Source: Oopsacas minuta (taxonomy: Eukaryota; Animalia; Porifera). From it: a stretch of 64,000 nt of DNA. The position numbers and the translations under genes were made by a program. Shown piece by piece: positions 11,653 to 22,771 of the stretch (its first letter is position 1; the number at the start of each line of letters is the position of its first letter). Where the stretch lies: positions 62,001-126,000 of the forward strand of contig JAKMXF010000210.1 in NCBI GenBank assembly GCA_024704765.1. The letters run 5' to 3'. The notes under the pieces were generated by a model. It saw only the letters and a program-made list of their open reading frames with translations, did not search any database and was not told the origin of the DNA.

Positions 11653-12411
11653 CCCCTAGTAACGTATTCGAATTACTATGCTTTTGATGTATCTGAATGG
11701 TATGGTAATGACGATATCTCAATCGATGCACAGCTATTGTAAAGTCATATTAAATATATTCTAGACATATTTGTCTATGGAAGAATATTGTGATAGTAGT
11801 TTTATCATATTTATAGATTTATTTTTGTTTTTACTTCCGTCCTTTCATTGTATTTTGTGTACAAAATTGTTTAAGTTACACTATTTTAATTATAATTCTC
11901 TTTTGTTTGTTTTAGTGGCCCTGTGTTGTCAATTTTTTATGTTTCGAAATATTTTTATTTTCTATTAAATATATTTCACATTTATGCTCTCACTTTGCTG
12001 GATATTAAATGCCGAATGGCTGGATTCTGGTAATATGGAATGGGTATTTTATTATCAAATATCTTAAGAGTTCACCCTTATCATTATTTATGGTCTTAGC
12101 AAATTTGATTTGATTTGATCATACAACAACGTATCCTGAATGTTTTAGCTAACCTAACTCCTCCCAATAGTGTATTCCACGGCATTTTACAGTAGAAATA
12201 CTGATTTAGAATGTCTCCTTATAACAAAATAATTACTCACATATTTTTGTACAAAAATGATCTAATTAGTCATAAAGCCATGTTTCCTTATATGTAGTTT
12301 AATTAGAAGCAACAAAAATCCTTTTATTAGCCGAATATGAAGCTAACGGAATCAAATATGGATAAAAGTATCTATTTATTCCAATCATAGGTTTAACAAC
12401 TCATTATTTTA

Positions 12412-13020
12412 ATGATTTTCTATATAAGTTGTATTTATTTGCTCCTGGCTGACCATGTGTCCTACTTTACTAATGCACTGAGGGATTGCAGCTATACTAA
12501 TCTCGGTCCACTGAATGACCCTCAATCTAGTAATACTACAACCTTGCGGATAACCTATGATACTCCATCCCTTATGAATATTTCTTATACGGAGAATACT
12601 CGTTATGACGTATATCTGGGATCACACATTGGTACGTTCACTGGATTTATAATTCAAGCTAGAGAAGATAATGTAGGCCGAACTTTAGGAGCTTTTTCTT
12701 TCGCATTTGGTTCTCATGAAAAATTCTTCAAACTAGAAGACTGTGATTATAGTAATGATACATTTACAAATGTTGTTGATTCAAATATTCCATTATTGTT
12801 GAATGTGGTTCAGGGTATTTGGACATCTCCAGATTATACTCCAGCTAATAATGTTACTTTCTATTATACAATAATTAATGATACTACTAGTATGATGAAT
12901 ATTATTGGACCTACTCTACTGATTCCTACAAGTACCCCTTCAATAGCCTCTCTCCTCATTGCTAACCTCCTCTTTACTATCTTTAGTCTGCTCTTGATTA
13001 TACTTCTATTACTTGTATAA
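12412..13020 (+). CDS. Reeler-domain protein 2, paralog of 9340-9939
   Basis: Shares [32 protein letters not shown] and [12 protein letters not shown] with copy 1; signal peptide and hydrophobic C-terminus. Confidence 0.8.
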   Translation: MIFYISCIYLLLADHVSYFTNALRDCSYTNLGPLNDPQSSNTTTLRITYDTPSLMNISYTENTRYDVYLGSHIGTFTGFIIQAREDNVGRTLGAFSFAFGSHEKFFKLEDCDYSNDTFTNVVDSNIPLLLNVVQGIWTSPDYTPANNVTFYYTIINDTTSMMNIIGPTLLIPTSTPSIASLLIANLLFTIFSLLLIILLLLV

Positions 13021-13379
13021 GCAGATACTATTTGTTAGTAATTCACGTATGTGTTCTTCTTAGAATGATGGATTAATATTATATTATGTACCTGGTCCAG
13101 GGCTTCATCTAGCAGTAGATAACCCCACACCGCACCCTAAGTTAAATTTTCACATCAGTTTAAGATTAATAAGTTATCAAATTGAAGAAATTGAATGAAT
13201 ACCTAGTTTGGTAATATTAGTCAGTTTATTTCGTGTTTGCTAATTCTTTATGGAACGACAAATTATTAGAATCTTTATCTATTATTTGTCATCTTGTCTT
13301 TCAATAATGATGTATTAAATTGGCTGGCACCTGGCTGTAGATAACGTACATATTTCTTTTGATACAATTTCCAGGAGTA

Positions 13380-13780
13380 TTTACGTACTATACGTACTTA
13401 AAAGCTTTGATATCACTGATGATCAATCTTGTTGAGGTTTTAATTAAGTCTGGTGAGATTTAATTAAACCTCAATAAGATCATAATCAGTGAATGGTCTA
13501 CTGGTTATTTAATTGCAAATTACAAAAACTCCTCCGATAATTCTATTTATTCTTTGTCACATGGCATTCCCGCTCAAAGTGGCTTGACCGGTAATGAGAC
13601 AGTAACAATCATGGGCAACGAATGAATAATTATTAAATTCAGTACAGTGCGTGCCACCGAATAATCTGTCCTGCCACAGATTAGGCTGCACCATTTGTGG
13701 CGGATTGGCTTCAAAAGTATCTACCGTTCTTTGAGCCTCTTTCTATGTCAATTTCTAAAGAAAACTTTGATCTCGTAGTC
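13380..13780 (+). mobile_element. Decayed non-LTR retrotransposon RNase H relic
   Basis: Near 13555-13605, a 1-nt frameshift joins VTW to IPAQSGLTGNETV, matching the WIPAHxGIxGNExAD motif; a downstream CTICG resembles the C-terminal Zn knuckle; multiple stops; boundaries approximate. Confidence 0.5.
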
Positions 13781-14412
13781 GTAGGCTATAGCTAGACTAT
13801 TGATCTACCAGATGGATGTGGATATGGTAATGACTGAGTGTACTATATCTACTTCATCATATAATTTATTCCATTCATTATCCTTGTGGCAGCAATTTTG
13901 ATAACTCTGCTAATGGTATTTAGGTTATTTATCCTATTCATTTATGTATCCATAAACTGATTGATATGCATTCAGGAAATATGAGATTGCTTATCACTTC
14001 TAACGGATAAACTAATTTACCGTCAACATATACGTATGATACAGTTCAAATACATCCGCCACTTATTTGACTCACTGTACGTGCACTAGCCTTTCATTAG
14101 TAAGTATATAATTATAACTATGCTAAGAATGAAGCTGTATAGTGATATATGTATTAATGTACAGATTTATATAAATAATGAACCTTAATGGGCTAGGGAT
14201 CACTTATTACAAATTTCATTAACATATCCAGTTATATTGAAGCTCAAGAGACTCCGCTAATTCCTTTGATATATGTTCGATATAAACGATGCAATTTATG
14301 TTGCTTTGACGGTTAAGTACCAGTTTGGGGCCATAATTGTATAATTTCAGACTTCGATATAACTGGAGTTGACTGTCTGTATACTTTCCGTTATTTTATT
14401 AGTAGAATATAA

Positions 14413-17400
14413 ATGACAACCGATGCGCCGTCAGGTAAGAGAGATTTCGCGCGTCACCTAGCAGGTACTACTCCCCTGGCCGCACGACTAATAGCACAAG
14501 ATACATTCACGAATCAAGATGATTTCGAGGATTTGTTACTCCCCATGTCTAATAGTAACTCTATAAGCAGCAAGAGATGGTCTGGAGGTACCTTGGAGCC
14601 TCTTGATACGAACGATACAGTGAGACTTAGCTTTGACGAAGAACTGCACACTCCACTCCCTCCCGAGATGTTTAACGGTTCATTCCCGTCTATTGGACAG
14701 GTTGTACCTGATCCTGTGAACTACGAGGAATATTTGCAGGATCGTCTCAAAGAAATGGATGCTCCAAGTGAACTACAAGTCTTGTGGGATATTCCTAGGA
14801 GTAACATAGTTGTTAGTGAATTGAAACGTGAACACCGAATGGCAGAATTTCTCGCCTTACAAAAACGCTCTGATCAACAAGACCATTACTTCCGGTATTG
14901 TTCTAACACATTCATGAGGGACTGGAGCGTTGCTACGAGGACTTACGGTACTTTCAATGGGTTTGAAGGGTTCAATAGGACACGCGATAAAACCCTGCTA
15001 TGTAGAAAAACACCCTCCTTTTCAAGCAATGAACTTTTCGATTTTACTTATCCAATTGATGCTTCGAGTGGAGAAGGTGAGGATCAAGATACAGCTGTAG
15101 ATCCGATACTAGACGATGTTATTGATGTGAGAGACCGAGCAGAGCAAGACGATAGAAATACAAATTATCGAAAATTGACAAGACACGCTTCTATGTTTAG
15201 TATATATCCACGGAAAATGGATGTACGTGCTGAGCCACGAACAGAAGCTAAAATTCCTACTGACCACATTGGAACAAAGCTGAAGATACACGTCATCAAG
15301 TTTGAGATGGTTCAGAGATTCGAACCACTTTTCGGTACCCTATTCCTATACGACACCAGAGAAAAGAGGAGGGTTTCTGAGAATTTATACTTTGATTTCA
15401 ACGAAGACGAACTACAAAAAATGCTAGGAAAGCACATTGAAGAGAGAGCGTATGAAACGAAGGCACATGCAGGGATATTTTCAATTACAAACCTTCATCC
15501 TGATGTGTTTATAGTTATACGTATTGACAAGGTGTTGGAGGGAGTACCTACTAAATCTCTAGGTGATATTTACGCGAATGATAAGGTCATTAAATCAGCA
15601 CAACTAGAAAAACTACATACAGCTGCAGTAGACTATTGTGATCGTCTGGGTAAGTATCGTATGCCATTTGCTTGGTACTGCGTGAGTATGGCAAAGATAT
15701 TCGAAACGAAATTAGTGGACAGAGATGCTGACAAGATTCCGCCTCTAGATGGACCATTTCATTGTACAGTTAAGATACAGTGTTTAATTCTACAAGAACC
15801 TGAAAGATTGAAAGAGGAAGATTTACACAAATTTTGTCAGGAGCTGAAGAGATACGAGGCTAGCGCTAAATCCAAACCTCGCGCTAGTTTCGAGTATATT
15901 AAGGCAGATATTACTATTGAAGTATCTACACTAGTTGAAACAGATCTGTTGTGTGTATTCAGCTCTAACTACACACGGGTACTTGGTCCTCAAGAAGTGA
16001 AGAAGAAATATAGACCCGTTAGAGAAATTGAAGAATTCCCATCTAGAGAGATTCATAAACCAAGTGTCAGTTACAAGAATCTCCTATATATATATCCACA
16101 GTCTCTGAATCTATCCAACACAAAAACAGGTGCTATCTCCGCGCGAAATATAGCAGTTAGAGTCCTCTATCTCACTCATGAAGATACTGATTCAGCACTT
16201 AATATTATATATGGTAAATCTAATACAGCTAAGTTCTATAATGAATGTTACACAGCTGTTTCGTATCATACTAAGACTCCTGATTTCTATGATGAAATTA
16301 AAATTGATCTCCCAACCAGGATTAACGAATTTTCACACTTACTTTTCCAATTCTATCACATCACGTGTCAAAAACCGCGGAGACGAGAAGATGAAGCAAT
16401 GATGAGTCAGCTGATCGGTATAACCTGGCTACCTATTATCGATTTGAAGAGCGGTATGATTAACGTAGGTGAGTTTAACCTCCCTATTTCTTCAGAAATC
16501 TTACCCAAAGACTATAGTCGTAGCAGCCCAGACATCCCTCTACCCTCTGTAAAATGGATGGATGGTCACAAACCGCTATTCAGGATGTCAGTACATTTAC
16601 AGAGCACTATACATCCTCTATGCTCTGTACTACATGATTACCTTACTACGTCATTTTGGGCAGATAAACTTGAATCAGAACCTACGCCTAATGAAGTGAT
16701 AACTGTTATTAAGATGTTGTCACAATGTGAAACCGAAGAGCTTTTCAAGTTTGCTCATATTATATTTGAAACAATTTTCGAATATATTATTATTGAAGGT
16801 CCAATTGCTACGAACACTTTTGCAGCACTCGCAAAGCTAGTCAATCAATTTCATCAAAAGGATCCTATGGATGAAGATCCTAACGGTCGGAACCAGAAAT
16901 TAGCCTCTTACATACATTTTGTGTTCAGAACCCCTAGACCTTCTCCTCCAGAGGAGAAGGGCACAGGTCGATACTTACACGAGGTTCTTGTTGATCTCTG
17001 GTTGAATGCAGATGATTCTATTGTGAGTTTAGTCAATCAACATTCATGGTTTTATTTTGAATTGTTAGTTAAAGCAATTGTACAGTATTTGAATCAGAAC
17101 AATAAATTGGAAGAGGAACAGGCAAAACGATTTAACAAACAATTCTTAGACAGTTTACTTGCTTTAGTTAAGAATGTTATTGAATCGATTATTGATTTCA
17201 TCTCAAATCAGAGATCCGAAATAGCTCAACAATTGTCATTGAGTTTAGCCTACTTTATTCACGATATAATTACAGTTATTGACAGGACTTATGTACTGAA
17301 TATGGTGAAGATATATTTCAGGAGATTTATACAGAGCACTGTTGATCAGACTTCTCTCATAAAATTGAAAATAGAATTCCTACACGTTATTTGTCTGCAT

Positions 17401-20385
17401 GAATACTATGTACAGATGAATTTACCTATGCCTGATTGGTGGTTGAGCAAAATTGAAACACAATTCTATGAGGAGTTGAGTTTAGGTGCTTATAGTTTCG
17501 AGACAGAACAACAAGCACCTATTCCTAATTTCATCGATCTTTCTGAGACTTTTTTCACTCACCACTATCTGGTGGGTATGCTACTGTCAACACTCAGTTA
17601 TGTATTGTCATTCAAAACGTTTCCTTTGAAATCTAAGATGGTATCACTTGTGAAAGATCTGTTGGAATCTCATGACACTGACATTCGTTATGGAAAGATA
17701 AAATGTTTCGTTGCTTATCTCTACATGCCCCTAATAGGAATTGCTATTGATTCGTTACCAATTCTTTACACCAGTGGGGAGAGATTGTCCAGAGGGAGCA
17801 GAGGAGGGGTGGCACCACGCCCTACTTCTGTTTTTAACTTTCAGGGTGCGTTGAGTCCTAGACAGTCGGTTATTATCTACCCAAATGATATCAAAGAAGC
17901 GCGAATTTTAGACCCTCAAACCTCTAAAGACCTATTATTCTGTGTCATATGGGTGCTTAAGAATATCGACTTTACACTAAAACGTCATATATTCCAAGCA
18001 GTTAGTGTTGAGAAGTTAGAAGCTCTTATTCACCTTCTAGACTTGTGTTTAGACTCGTTTGAGTATCAAGGTGTTGAAGCAATGACAACTGACAACCTTC
18101 AAATAAAACCTTCAGACCAAGTAAGACATAATCTAGCTGAGTATATTCTAGGCCAGGGATCAGCTGTTGATAGATTGAGACAACGCAGAGCTGAGAAACA
18201 TCAAAATGTTTCCAGTAACGGAGATTCTGTTACAGAGCGTTGGGTTCTTAACACACGTAGTAGTACTCTCCCTACAAATAAGGAGGGTAGACAACAGTAC
18301 TCAGAAATATTAAGTGATACTAAATTACACTCTAATCTTTCTACAGAGATCAGTTTAGTTATTCTAGACTTTATTGAAACTCTTGTTCAAGAGGATTTTG
18401 AAGACGATGATCCTAATCTATTCCAACGGTTTCTAATACCCACAATTCTACCAACGATAATACAGTTATACTTACATTTCTTACGGACTAATCAGAGTAC
18501 GTATGTCTTGACTTGTGTATGCTTTAGTCTACGCTCTCTCATACTCAAATACCCAGACTTAATCCTATTTCAGTATCAAGAACAGTGTTCTTTCTTGTGT
18601 AAAGATCTTCTACATCATTGCTCATCTAGTATGCTAGAATTACGCCAGCAAGCTACTGCTACGCTATATACTATAATGAGAGAGCATTTTATACTAGCAG
18701 GTACTTTCTCTTATGTTAAAGTTCAAATAACTTCTGCACTATCCAGTATCGTAGGAGAACTGGTTGAGAATGAAGAGAATTCACATGATGTATATCTTCG
18801 TCGTTCTCTCAATACTCTTTCTAAATATGCTAGAGTTGATCAGCTGAGAGATTTTTGTGATAGTAGCTCTTTCCCTGACCAAGTGAACTCTCTATCTTTG
18901 AATTTGTTAGTTGTTATAGATGATACCTCAAAACTCCGTGCATGTGGTTCAGACAATGACTTAATGTTGGATATAATGTACCGCATAGCTAAGAGTTACC
19001 AGAACAGTCCTGATCTACGTCTTGCCTGGCTAGAGAACATGATGAATAAGAACAAGGAGGAGGGTAACTACGCAGAAGCAGGAATGTGTTTAGTACATGC
19101 TGCAGCTATGATTGCAGAATATCTGGGGATGATAGCTCCTAAACCTTACATGCCTATCGGTGCTGTATCGTTTGCAAGGATATCTACTAATGTAATTGAG
19201 GAGAGTGCAGTATCTGATGATACCGTCTCTGCTAAAGAGGAGGGGGTTTGTAACGGATCGAAATTCTCTGAAGAAGGTTTATTGGGATTGTTAAAATTAG
19301 CTCATCACTCTTTTGAACAAGCTCAGCTTTTCGAGTCAGTAATAGAGATTGATAAAGTTATCATTCCGATCCTAGAACACAATCATGAATATTCTAAACT
19401 ATCTCGTATTCACGAAACAATGCAAAACTGTTACCGCACCATGGATGATCCTAAAAAGGATAGAAAATACTTCACTTCTTACTATCGAGTTGCATTCTTT
19501 TGTAGGGATCGACTATCCCCAGAGCAAGACGGGAAACAATTCATCTACAAATGTAATACAATATGCAAATTGAGCGAATTCGCTACAAAATTGGAAAACA
19601 ATCATAAACAAAGCTTTGGAGCTAATAATGTTAAACTTATTTCAGATAGTAATGAAGTAGATAGAAGTAAGTTATTACCAAACATTATGTATATACAGAT
19701 TACATATGTTGAACCTTACTTTGATGATTGGGAGCTGTATGAACGTATTACTGGGATGGAGCGCTCATTCAACATTTCAAGATTCTATTTCTCTACTCCA
19801 TACACTCAAGATGGTAAAGCTCACGGTGAACCAGCATCACAATGCATGCGACGAACTATACTAACAACGTACAATTCATTTCCTTACCTCATGAGCAGAG
19901 TATCTATCATGAATACAGAAATAATAGAATTAACTCCAATTGAGGTGGGAATTGAGGAAATCAAAAAGCAAACACATGCGTTACGTGAGATTATCGATGC
20001 CAGGACTCAGGATATGGTTCTGTTAGATATGCGTCTGAGTGGAGCTGTTGCCCCCACCGTTAATCAAGGACCTATGGCGATTGCCAGGGCCTTTCTCACA
20101 TCAGACAAGTCCAAGGCTGTAGGAATGCACCAGAGATTACTCAGGATTGCGTTTAAACAATTCTTACAAGTTTGCGAGACATCTCTGAATATCGCTAAAG
20201 ATTTTAACCGAGAAGATCGAATAGCTTATCAACGTAATTTAGAGAAGAAGTTTCAAGCAATGAAGAAGGAATTAAAACCAATGATCGAGAGCTCTGCAGT
20301 TAGACAACGTCATAAGCCCTTCCAGAATAGAATGCTTGATCGCATTTCGGGTATGAGCGATCAAAACACAGTTAACAATAAATAA
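14413..20385 (+). CDS. DOCK7: Dedicator of cytokinesis, DOCK-C subfamily (DOCK6/7/8-like) Rac/Cdc42 GEF, intronless, 1990 aa
   Basis: RRVSENLYFDFN, DHR-1 YKNLLYIYPQSLN...ARNIAV and PDFYDEIKI, DHR-2 YIQITYVEPY and TVNQGP (catalytic Val retained). Confidence 0.9.
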   Translation: MTTDAPSGKRDFARHLAGTTPLAARLIAQDTFTNQDDFEDLLLPMSNSNSISSKRWSGGTLEPLDTNDTVRLSFDEELHTPLPPEMFNGSFPSIGQVVPDPVNYEEYLQDRLKEMDAPSELQVLWDIPRSNIVVSELKREHRMAEFLALQKRSDQQDHYFRYCSNTFMRDWSVATRTYGTFNGFEGFNRTRDKTLLCRKTPSFSSNELFDFTYPIDASSGEGEDQDTAVDPILDDVIDVRDRAEQDDRNTNYRKLTRHASMFSIYPRKMDVRAEPRTEAKIPTDHIGTKLKIHVIKFEMVQRFEPLFGTLFLYDTREKRRVSENLYFDFNEDELQKMLGKHIEERAYETKAHAGIFSITNLHPDVFIVIRIDKVLEGVPTKSLGDIYANDKVIKSAQLEKLHTAAVDYCDRLGKYRMPFAWYCVSMAKIFETKLVDRDADKIPPLDGPFHCTVKIQCLILQEPERLKEEDLHKFCQELKRYEASAKSKPRASFEYIKADITIEVSTLVETDLLCVFSSNYTRVLGPQEVKKKYRPVREIEEFPSREIHKPSVSYKNLLYIYPQSLNLSNTKTGAISARNIAVRVLYLTHEDTDSALNIIYGKSNTAKFYNECYTAVSYHTKTPDFYDEIKIDLPTRINEFSHLLFQFYHITCQKPRRREDEAMMSQLIGITWLPIIDLKSGMINVGEFNLPISSEILPKDYSRSSPDIPLPSVKWMDGHKPLFRMSVHLQSTIHPLCSVLHDYLTTSFWADKLESEPTPNEVITVIKMLSQCETEELFKFAHIIFETIFEYIIIEGPIATNTFAALAKLVNQFHQKDPMDEDPNGRNQKLASYIHFVFRTPRPSPPEEKGTGRYLHEVLVDLWLNADDSIVSLVNQHSWFYFELLVKAIVQYLNQNNKLEEEQAKRFNKQFLDSLLALVKNVIESIIDFISNQRSEIAQQLSLSLAYFIHDIITVIDRTYVLNMVKIYFRRFIQSTVDQTSLIKLKIEFLHVICLHEYYVQMNLPMPDWWLSKIETQFYEELSLGAYSFETEQQAPIPNFIDLSETFFTHHYLVGMLLSTLSYVLSFKTFPLKSKMVSLVKDLLESHDTDIRYGKIKCFVAYLYMPLIGIAIDSLPILYTSGERLSRGSRGGVAPRPTSVFNFQGALSPRQSVIIYPNDIKEARILDPQTSKDLLFCVIWVLKNIDFTLKRHIFQAVSVEKLEALIHLLDLCLDSFEYQGVEAMTTDNLQIKPSDQVRHNLAEYILGQGSAVDRLRQRRAEKHQNVSSNGDSVTERWVLNTRSSTLPTNKEGRQQYSEILSDTKLHSNLSTEISLVILDFIETLVQEDFEDDDPNLFQRFLIPTILPTIIQLYLHFLRTNQSTYVLTCVCFSLRSLILKYPDLILFQYQEQCSFLCKDLLHHCSSSMLELRQQATATLYTIMREHFILAGTFSYVKVQITSALSSIVGELVENEENSHDVYLRRSLNTLSKYARVDQLRDFCDSSSFPDQVNSLSLNLLVVIDDTSKLRACGSDNDLMLDIMYRIAKSYQNSPDLRLAWLENMMNKNKEEGNYAEAGMCLVHAAAMIAEYLGMIAPKPYMPIGAVSFARISTNVIEESAVSDDTVSAKEEGVCNGSKFSEEGLLGLLKLAHHSFEQAQLFESVIEIDKVIIPILEHNHEYSKLSRIHETMQNCYRTMDDPKKDRKYFTSYYRVAFFCRDRLSPEQDGKQFIYKCNTICKLSEFATKLENNHKQSFGANNVKLISDSNEVDRSKLLPNIMYIQITYVEPYFDDWELYERITGMERSFNISRFYFSTPYTQDGKAHGEPASQCMRRTILTTYNSFPYLMSRVSIMNTEIIELTPIEVGIEEIKKQTHALREIIDARTQDMVLLDMRLSGAVAPTVNQGPMAIARAFLTSDKSKAVGMHQRLLRIAFKQFLQVCETSLNIAKDFNREDRIAYQRNLEKKFQAMKKELKPMIESSAVRQRHKPFQNRMLDRISGMSDQNTVNNK

Positions 20386-21283
20386 AATAATGTCTGCATA
20401 CTGCTTTTACATTTTGGAATTCTCCCCAATATGGTGTCTTTAGGAGAGTCAATAATATAGCCTTTTTAAAGATCAAAGGATTTATCTGTATAATACCTGG
20501 ATTATCTTAGATATCTATATTATATATAAACCTCTCTATGTGGCAGTTGTAATTATTCTTGTAATTCTTGTTTAGTTATTTGTGTGTAGAGTTTAACCCC
20601 CCCCGATATTGATAATATTATTTTAACTATATTAGAAATTGCTTTAAGAATTTGTATGGACCCGATAGAACGCGAGCAATGCTTAGGAATTGTTTAATGA
20701 CGAAAATGACAATTGCTTTATTAAAACAGATTTTTTGCCAAATTTTTTCTTACAAACATGGTAAATAAAGCGCGATTTGTTTTCAATTTTGCAAACATAC
20801 TAAAGTTCGTAGAAATCCAAGTTTAGGGTCTCTCTCTACTCAAATAATGAGATGTTTAGTTTATTATTAGTTTTACAAGACGAATTTATAGCTAAACAAG
20901 CTAGCAAATGTATTAATGCAATTCTGTAAGGGATATACGTATTACAGAATAACTAATAATACGTGCAGTAAGAAAATATAGAAAGGGATTAGGTTAATAC
21001 TCCAAAATAACAAATAATCGGAGTTACCTAAACTAAATTCGCGGAATTCTTTATGAGAGTTTCTCGAGAATAATATTAATTGTTGTTTCAGCCTTGTACA
21101 GAAGATTCTTTTCTATCTTAATCGGGGAATCAGAAATGCTGGGATGAAGATGGAGCTTGAATACTTTAAGGATCATACTTAATATTGTTTTATTTTCATA
21201 TAGCTAGAAACTGACCAGTACAGTTCCTCTCTCCTACAGCAAATAGGGGAGATACTTAAGCTAACTTGGAGCACTAAGCTGTC

Positions 21284-22474
21284 GTGGAGCGACCTAGCAA
21301 GCGAAGCGCGCTAGTATTTATTAATACTGTATTTTTGGATGAGATAAAATCAGCTCTTTACAAGAGGCTGTTAACACCAGCATTCCATTTCACAATTTTA
21401 GAATCATTTATGTCAATCTACACCAAATGTACAAATGTAATGTTGGAACTATGGGAGGAGACTGTACAGCGAGATGGCTATGTTGTTCTGCAGGATTTCA
21501 TTCCTTATCTAACTCTTGATATTCAAATTCAATGTATTGGCTCCCTTGAAACAGGTTGTCAAATCGAGAAAGAGAATGTTGAATACGTTAGAGACGTATG
21601 TGACCTCACAAAGTTATCACTATTCCGCTACTTATATTGGCTCTGTATCTTCGATTGGTACTTCTACAGAACAGCTCATGGTAAGATATTCAAACAGGCT
21701 TCCGCAAGGTCACGTGCTTTCATTCGAGATCTTGTATCGATTCGCAAACAATCTCTACTGACTAAAGCTCCTGAGACAGATGCTAATTTAGACCTCAGCA
21801 TTCTACTAACTACAACAGATGAGAAGGGTAATGGACTAACTGATGAAGAGATCTATGATGAAGTTAATACATTTGTGTTTGAAGGTCATGACACAACATC
21901 TACAGGTATTATTTGGGTATTATACTTCCTGGCTAGGTATCCTGATTATCAGGATATATGTCGTAATGAGATTTTAGAGAATACTACAGAGGATGGAGTT
22001 ACTTATAACGATGTATCTAAATTGGAATTTTTGACAATGTTTATTAAAGAATCTCTTAGATTAAGACCTCCAGTACACACTATAGCACGAGAAACAAATT
22101 AACCTTTGGTTCTAGACGAATACCCTATCCCTAAGGGTACACTCGTGGAAATGTCATATCTCCTATTGCATATTAATCCTGAATTTTGGCCTGAACCTCT
22201 GAAATTTGATCCATACCGTTTTACTACTAACAATGAAGCTAACAGAGATCCTTACGTGTATTTACCATTTGCTGTAGGAGAGAGGAACTGTATTGGTCAG
22301 TTTCTAGCTATACATGAAAATAAAACAATATTAAGTATGATCCTTAAAGTATTCAAGCTCCATCTTCATCCCAGCATTTCTGATTCCCCGATTAAGATAG
22401 AAAAGAATCTTCTGTACAAGGCTGAAACAACAATTAATATTATTCTCGAGAAACTCTCACAAAGATTTACGTGA
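21284..22474 (+). pseudogene. Cytochrome P450 (CYP4 clan), 5'-truncated, with an in-frame TAA at 22100-22102
   Basis: RLLTPAFHF, I-helix FEGHDTT, ExxR (KESLRLRPP), heme motif PFAVGERNCIG; the two ORFs are the same frame joined as ARETN*PLVLDEYPIPKG; membrane anchor and about 120 N-terminal residues not found. Confidence 0.8.
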
Positions 22475-22771
22475 ATTGGTTAGGCAACTATGCATTTTCT
22501 CTTAGTTTGAAGTATTCTTCTATTTTGAATGTACAGCCTAAAGTCAAATGCATTAAATATAGGACAGTACTAGTATAGTATTATTTGGAATTATTGCTAA
22601 CAATAATGAATGCTTTGTACTCAGGAACATTACTAATGGGAGTAAGAATCTTAAAGATTCTATTCCTTAGTGCATTATTGGCATCTTAGGCTATAGAAGG
22701 GAACGGAAAGAATTTAATATTTACCTAATAGTACATCCATTATATCAAGTATTATAGCTAAATCAGAAAAG

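Noticed and set aside
22100-22102. Stop-codon reassignment, readthrough or selenocysteine in the CYP gene
   Set aside because: The codon is TAA, not TGA, and TAA, TAG and TGA all end conserved genes correctly elsewhere (NDUFS2, CTDSP, JAGN1).
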